64,000 nucleotides of DNA, from the sequence record NC_031010.1; one strand, given 5' to 3'. Both the position numbers and the translations under genes were made by a program. Positions 60,293 through 64,000 of this stretch are shown one piece after another (within the stretch, counting starts at the first letter, position 1; each line of letters begins with the position of its first letter). The notes under the pieces are model-generated. The model ran no database searches. It was not told the origin of the DNA and saw only the letters and a program-made list of their open reading frames with translations.

Positions 60293-60796
60293 ATGTTAAC
60301 CGCAACACCAACGATGAGGCCCGCAGTAAACATCGTCTGCCAAGACCGCAGACTGGTGGAACTTTGCGACCAGTACATTATCACTGCCATTCTCAACCAC
60401 CACCCGCATGTCTATTTCGACGGTCCTCAGCTGCTGGCTGCAGCAGCGGTACTCCGTCGACTCGAGGGTCGTCTGACCATCGTAGAGTTCTGCGACTTCA
60501 TGGACAACCAGCCGGACATCATGGCTGGATTAGTTGCGCTGACGCAAGACGGCGTGGGTTCGTTTGACAACGGTATCGGAAACTTCCTGGACTTCAGTTC
60601 CGGCTTTGAGGGTGGCATGATGTTCATCACCAAAGAGCGTTTCGATGCCGTCTGGCAGTTCCTGATGATGCGTGGCGTGAACGTTCCCTACCAGCTGAGT
60701 ATGTTCAGCCATTGGGACATGAACATCATGGGCGAAGCAGGGATTTGGGTCAAACCGATTCAGCTGGCACTGGATGGCAACACCATCCACGCCTAA
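60293..60796 (+). CDS. Hypothetical protein
   Basis: GAGG RBS; 167 aa. Confidence 0.65.
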   Translation: MLTATPTMRPAVNIVCQDRRLVELCDQYIITAILNHHPHVYFDGPQLLAAAAVLRRLEGRLTIVEFCDFMDNQPDIMAGLVALTQDGVGSFDNGIGNFLDFSSGFEGGMMFITKERFDAVWQFLMMRGVNVPYQLSMFSHWDMNIMGEAGIWVKPIQLALDGNTIHA

Positions 60797-60837
60797 GATC
60801 GTATCAGGGGTCGGTGTGTCTTTACGAGCACCGACCA

Positions 60838-60880
60838 TCCTTTTCCACCCATAGGGTGGAACTCATTTCTTTTTTTTTGC
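60838..60880 (+). terminator. Intrinsic terminator
   Basis: TTCCACCC-ata-GGGTGGAA plus a long T-tract. Confidence 0.7.
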
Positions 60881-61039
60881 CTCGGCCCCTAGTGGGACTA
60901 AGAATTGGTCACTTTTTAACCAACCGTTTGACCCTTTCAAAAAGCTTGCTGAAAAGCATTCTAAGCGTTTACAATCAAACCCGGTACATTCGGGTGGCTT
61001 AAGGGGAGAACGTTTACCACAGGGGCGTACAGTGCGTTT

Positions 61040-61510
61040 TAACGGGGGTTGGGGACGAAGTTTGCCGGGGGGATTTGGGAATCGCGAAATCGCCGGGGTG
61101 CGAAATCCCGTTTGGCCGACGCCGCCGCGCCGATCAAAAATACACTAGCGCTTGCGCGATTTAGGGGGATTTAAAATGGCTTAGCCTTGAGAGACGAAAT
61201 CTCTTGAGTCTCTCTGCTAAGTGTTTGTTTTCCTTGGAAATTCTATTTATCTAATTCTAAAAAATACTTATAAATCAATTACTTATTACCTCTTTAAAAA
61301 ATACTTTTAAAAACAACAAGTTACGATCCTAAGTGATCCCTTCTATATACGCGTGCGCGCACGCACGCCATTTCCTACAGGGATCTTTTTGTTTTATATA
61401 ATAAATATTATTTAATTATATTTATATAATTATAATAATAGATCATTATACCGCGCCCCCGCGCGTGCGTGATCTTTATTAAGAGATTTTATTTGGCAAG
61501 GGGTGATCGG
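61040..61510. other. Candidate replication origin or packaging-initiation region
   Basis: Non-coding; 49-nt pure A/T run (61392-61440) between GC-rich blocks; six GATC sites in 61325-61508; G-tracts and CGAAATC repeats upstream. Confidence 0.45.
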
Positions 61511-61559
61511 GGGGTGAAAACCCCCTGTCGAGTTTTTTACAGGGTTGCGTAGTATTCTA

Positions 61560-61885
61560 TGCAATTGCGATGTTCAGCCAAAACATCCAGAGAGACTTCC
61601 GCACCCAACCGACTGGTCATCGTGGGGTGCTTGCCGTAGGACTTGACCCCAGCCTCTGTCCGAGTTTGGCGGTGGGTGTCACAGCCCACCGAACTTTTCA
61701 AAACGCCTGAGTTATTACCTATGGCAAAACGCATTCGGTTTCACGAGCAATCGGGGAACGTAACCAGACTAGCCAGCCAGCTAGTAATCTTCGACCGGGC
61801 ACCGACCCAGCGAAGGCCCACACTCGGATTCAGGTTCGAGTGGCAGTACCAGTTGCTTGCCCCCTTACGCGGGGGCTCTTTTTCG
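61560..61885 (+). ncRNA. Putative structured non-coding RNA 1 (about 320 nt)
   Basis: Dense hairpins, a 10-bp long-range helix (61631-40/61718-27), a GCAA tetraloop; promoter-like motif upstream and intrinsic terminator at 61859-61883. Confidence 0.55.
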
Positions 61886-62895
61886 AATGCCTTCTGACGA
61901 GGACATTGGAAAACGGTGCAACACGACTTCGCCTACGGGCAGAGTTCAGGTTCCTGTCTTACCCACCGTCGCCGTTAAGCTGAGCGGCACGCGGTGGCGG
62001 TTTAGGGTTGCGGTCAATCCGCATTCTGAAATCTTGACGGGTACCGTGGCAGTCTTGGGAGTGAGCGAGGTCGGCGCGCAGATTACGACTGCGTTCGGCA
62101 CCTGCCAGCTGGTTGCACAGCTGCGATGGGTGGCTGGCCTGCTCCCCCAAGATGTGGCCAAGAGCATGGTGTGTCTTCTGAGGGGGAGGGCACCAGTCTG
62201 AAGATGGTCTAGGTTGATCCCCGAAAAGACGTAGCCTACGTCCTGACCAATCTTTTTTTTCTTTAGGCAAAACGTAGTGAGGCGCTATGTTTACCAAAGA
62301 GTATCTGGATTCTCTACCAAAGAGAATTCCCATTGAAGAGCGGTTAGCTTCGAAAACCAAGGTTACAGAATCTGGTTGTCATGAGTATGACGGCGTGAAG
62401 GACCGATGTGGGTACGGCCGATTTAAAATTGGCAAGCACTCTCTCGGTGCGCACAAGGTCAGTTATTTGACCCGCGTCGGTGACTACGACCAGAATCTCG
62501 AGTTGATGCACAGTTGCGATAATCCCGCCTGTATCAACGTCGACCATCTCACACCTGCTACTCACCAAGAGAACATGCAGGATTGTGTCGATAAGGGACG
62601 CCATACCTCCCAGCATCTTGACTCGCCGAGACAAGCAGCAATCGAATCAGGGATGGAGTTGTATTACGGCAGTGTCTGTGAGATTCACGGCTATGACCTT
62701 CGCTCCGTTAAGAACGGGGCCTGTGTCTTTTGTCGCGACGATTACAATGCCAAGAAACGAGAGCAGCGTAGAGTGGCTCGTGAGAGTGCCGCCTAGGGGC
62801 GGTAGGCTTGAAAAGGGGTGATCCTTTTATCTTGGCGGCTCGGAAAGACGAGAGGGGTGGGTGTCCACGCTGAGAAGCGTCGGCACCTAGCTGAT
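61886..62895 (+). ncRNA. Putative large structured RNA 2 with an embedded HNH ORF
   Basis: Multiple helices with UACG and GAGA tetraloops on both sides of the ORF; flanks 62233-62244 and 62795-62808 pair. Confidence 0.5.
62287..62796 (+). CDS. HNH endonuclease (HNH_3 type) with a C-terminal Cys/His zinc-binding motif
   Basis: C.E......GYG.F......AHKVSY.......LMHSCDNPACINVDHL..ATHQENMQD; C-terminal C..HG....NGAC..C. Confidence 0.85.
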   Translation: MFTKEYLDSLPKRIPIEERLASKTKVTESGCHEYDGVKDRCGYGRFKIGKHSLGAHKVSYLTRVGDYDQNLELMHSCDNPACINVDHLTPATHQENMQDCVDKGRHTSQHLDSPRQAAIESGMELYYGSVCEIHGYDLRSVKNGACVFCRDDYNAKKREQRRVARESAA

Positions 62896-62897
62896 AT

Positions 62898-62923
62898 TTT
62901 TACGGGTTAGTTCCTCCCTGTGT
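62898..62923 (+). promoter_or_regulatory. Putative promoter, class B
   Basis: TTTTAC 62898-62903, N16, GTGT 62920-62923. Confidence 0.5.
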
Positions 62924-62944
62924 ATAAAACTCAAGGAGCTAACC

Positions 62945-63682
62945 ATGATTAACCCAAACCTGCTTAATGTTCCGTTATCGCTGGCACAAGTGTTTGGACT
63001 GCTCGGCGTCCCGGCACAGCTGAAAAGCAAAGATTCATCAGTCCTCAAACAGCTCGATGAAGCGGTGTCCAAAGTCTATCTGGGCCATCACCATAGCCCA
63101 TCGCTGGCTGAACCTTCTCGCTGGCTGACCATTGCGGCGGGTGGTGCCGGAAAAGACGTGTGTATCGCCCAAGGTAAGGGCGACAAACGCAGCGATGTCG
63201 AAATCTACAATGCGCTGTTTGCTAGCGCGTTGACCAGCGTGATGCTTCGCATAGCGCGCGACAGTCCGATACATGAACCGCGTGCAGCACGTCCGTTGTG
63301 GGACTTTGTGCCAAAGCGTAATCCAGCTGAATGCGATATTGTGGTTGATGGTGAAGTTATGCCCATCGCCCCCTTCGTCGAATGGATTTGTTCGGTCGAC
63401 GACGAATACCACAACCAGTACGCAGCTCTCCTCGAGCGGGATTTTGAATCACTGCAGTTCATGCGCTTCCCGAACAACGCGGCGGTTGCAGTTGTCGGTA
63501 AACTCAATCCCAAAGCCGGCGGGTACTGTGTTCCAGTTTGCGTGACGTATTACGAAGGCGTCAACGGTACGCTCAAGGCGATTTACGAAGTCATCCGCGT
63601 TTACCACAAATCCACGACACGGACGAACACCTTCGACTACCTCACGTCAATTAACCCGAGCGTGGATGAGTCTGCCCGCTAA
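62945..63682 (+). CDS. Hypothetical protein
   Basis: AAGGAG RBS; 245 aa. Confidence 0.7.
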   Translation: MINPNLLNVPLSLAQVFGLLGVPAQLKSKDSSVLKQLDEAVSKVYLGHHHSPSLAEPSRWLTIAAGGAGKDVCIAQGKGDKRSDVEIYNALFASALTSVMLRIARDSPIHEPRAARPLWDFVPKRNPAECDIVVDGEVMPIAPFVEWICSVDDEYHNQYAALLERDFESLQFMRFPNNAAVAVVGKLNPKAGGYCVPVCVTYYEGVNGTLKAIYEVIRVYHKSTTRTNTFDYLTSINPSVDESAR

Positions 63683-63685
63683 TCT

Positions 63686-63711
63686 TTTTACAGACAGTCG
63701 CTGAGATATGC
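63686..63711 (+). promoter_or_regulatory. Putative promoter, class B
   Basis: TTTTAC 63686-63691, N16, ATGC 63708-63711. Confidence 0.5.
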
Positions 63712-63725
63712 GAAAGGAGCACACC

Positions 63726-63926
63726 GTGGCAAAGACTGACATGGTTTTCATCCATGACGAGAAAACCAACCGTCGGTACATCAAACGCGGTGGTGCTCGT
63801 CTGTGCTTAGACACTGAACCTGACCAAGGTGCAGCGCTCTACGCAACGTTTGCAAATGTCACGCCGAAGTCAACCGGCACGATACCGATTATCCTCAAGC
63901 CGAAGAAACGCGGTAAGAGCAAATAA
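63726..63926 (+). CDS. Small basic hypothetical protein
   Basis: AAGGAG RBS before GTG 63726; Lys-rich C-terminus. Confidence 0.6.
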   Translation: MAKTDMVFIHDEKTNRRYIKRGGARLCLDTEPDQGAALYATFANVTPKSTGTIPIILKPKKRGKSK

Positions 63927-64000
63927 AATTTAGCCTGCAAGTTCACTGTAATCCAAAAGCACATTGTCCACTCGGACGTAAAATCGCTTAGGAGAACACC

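Noticed and set aside
61821-61851. tRNA-like 3' end (GGTTCGAG...ACCA)
   Set aside because: Too few nucleotides between the T-loop-like motif and CCA; no D arm, anticodon arm or acceptor stem. It folds instead as the CACTCG/CGAGTG hairpin.
61890-61930. Hammerhead ribozyme (CTGACGAG...GAAA)
   Set aside because: Stems II and III and the NUH cleavage triplet cannot be formed.
61990-62215. Group I intron core (AATCCGCA Q-like, ACGACTG R-like, AAGATGGTC S-like)
   Set aside because: P4-P5, J6/7 and J8/7 spacings are too short, no P3 partner was found, and there are no interrupted exons on either side. Kept only as an alternative to test with cmscan.
61886-62250. RNase P RNA (GTGCAACA and AAAAGACGTAGCCTAC resemble CR-II and CR-V)
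   Set aside because: CR-I (GAGGAAAGUCC) and a P4 partner are missing, and the element order does not fit.
61537-62360. Short ORFs in the ORF track across the structured region (for example 61857-62201, 61959-62360)
   Set aside because: No RBS, atypical composition, they cross a terminator, and they are better explained by RNA structure.
62820-62896. Group II intron 3' end (bulged A seven nt before ...GAU)
   Set aside because: No domain V with an AGC/CGC triad, no GUGYG 5' end, and the ORF is not a reverse transcriptase.
1-64000. CRISPR arrays, rRNA genes, integrases or IS elements
   Set aside because: No regularly spaced direct repeats, rRNA signatures, or transposase/integrase motifs were seen.

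Overview
This window is a segment of a phiKZ-related (Chimalliviridae-type) jumbo phage genome. Its gene order matches my recollection of the Salmonella phage SPN3US / Erwinia jumbo phage group, roughly the SPN3US gp200-gp264 region and across the conventional genome junction; I could not run a search to confirm this. Recognisable genes: two-component spanins, a DEDD exonuclease, RNase H, a UvsX/RecA-like recombinase, four virion RNA polymerase subunits, thymidylate synthase, a MazG-like enzyme plus a catalytically dead paralog, CYTH, NADAR-like, HD and HAD nucleotide enzymes, a tape-measure/lytic transglycosylase, the prohead protease, tail tube and sheath, the large terminase and two HNH endonucleases. 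Two repeated intergenic promoter-like motifs and a family of bidirectional terminators are visible. The most unusual part is 60.8-62.9 kb. It holds an AT-rich, GATC-dense origin-like element, then two highly structured putative non-coding RNAs. The second RNA appears to continue past an HNH endonuclease ORF, which is looped out by a 12-bp helix formed by its immediate flanks. No tRNA, rRNA or CRISPR array was found.
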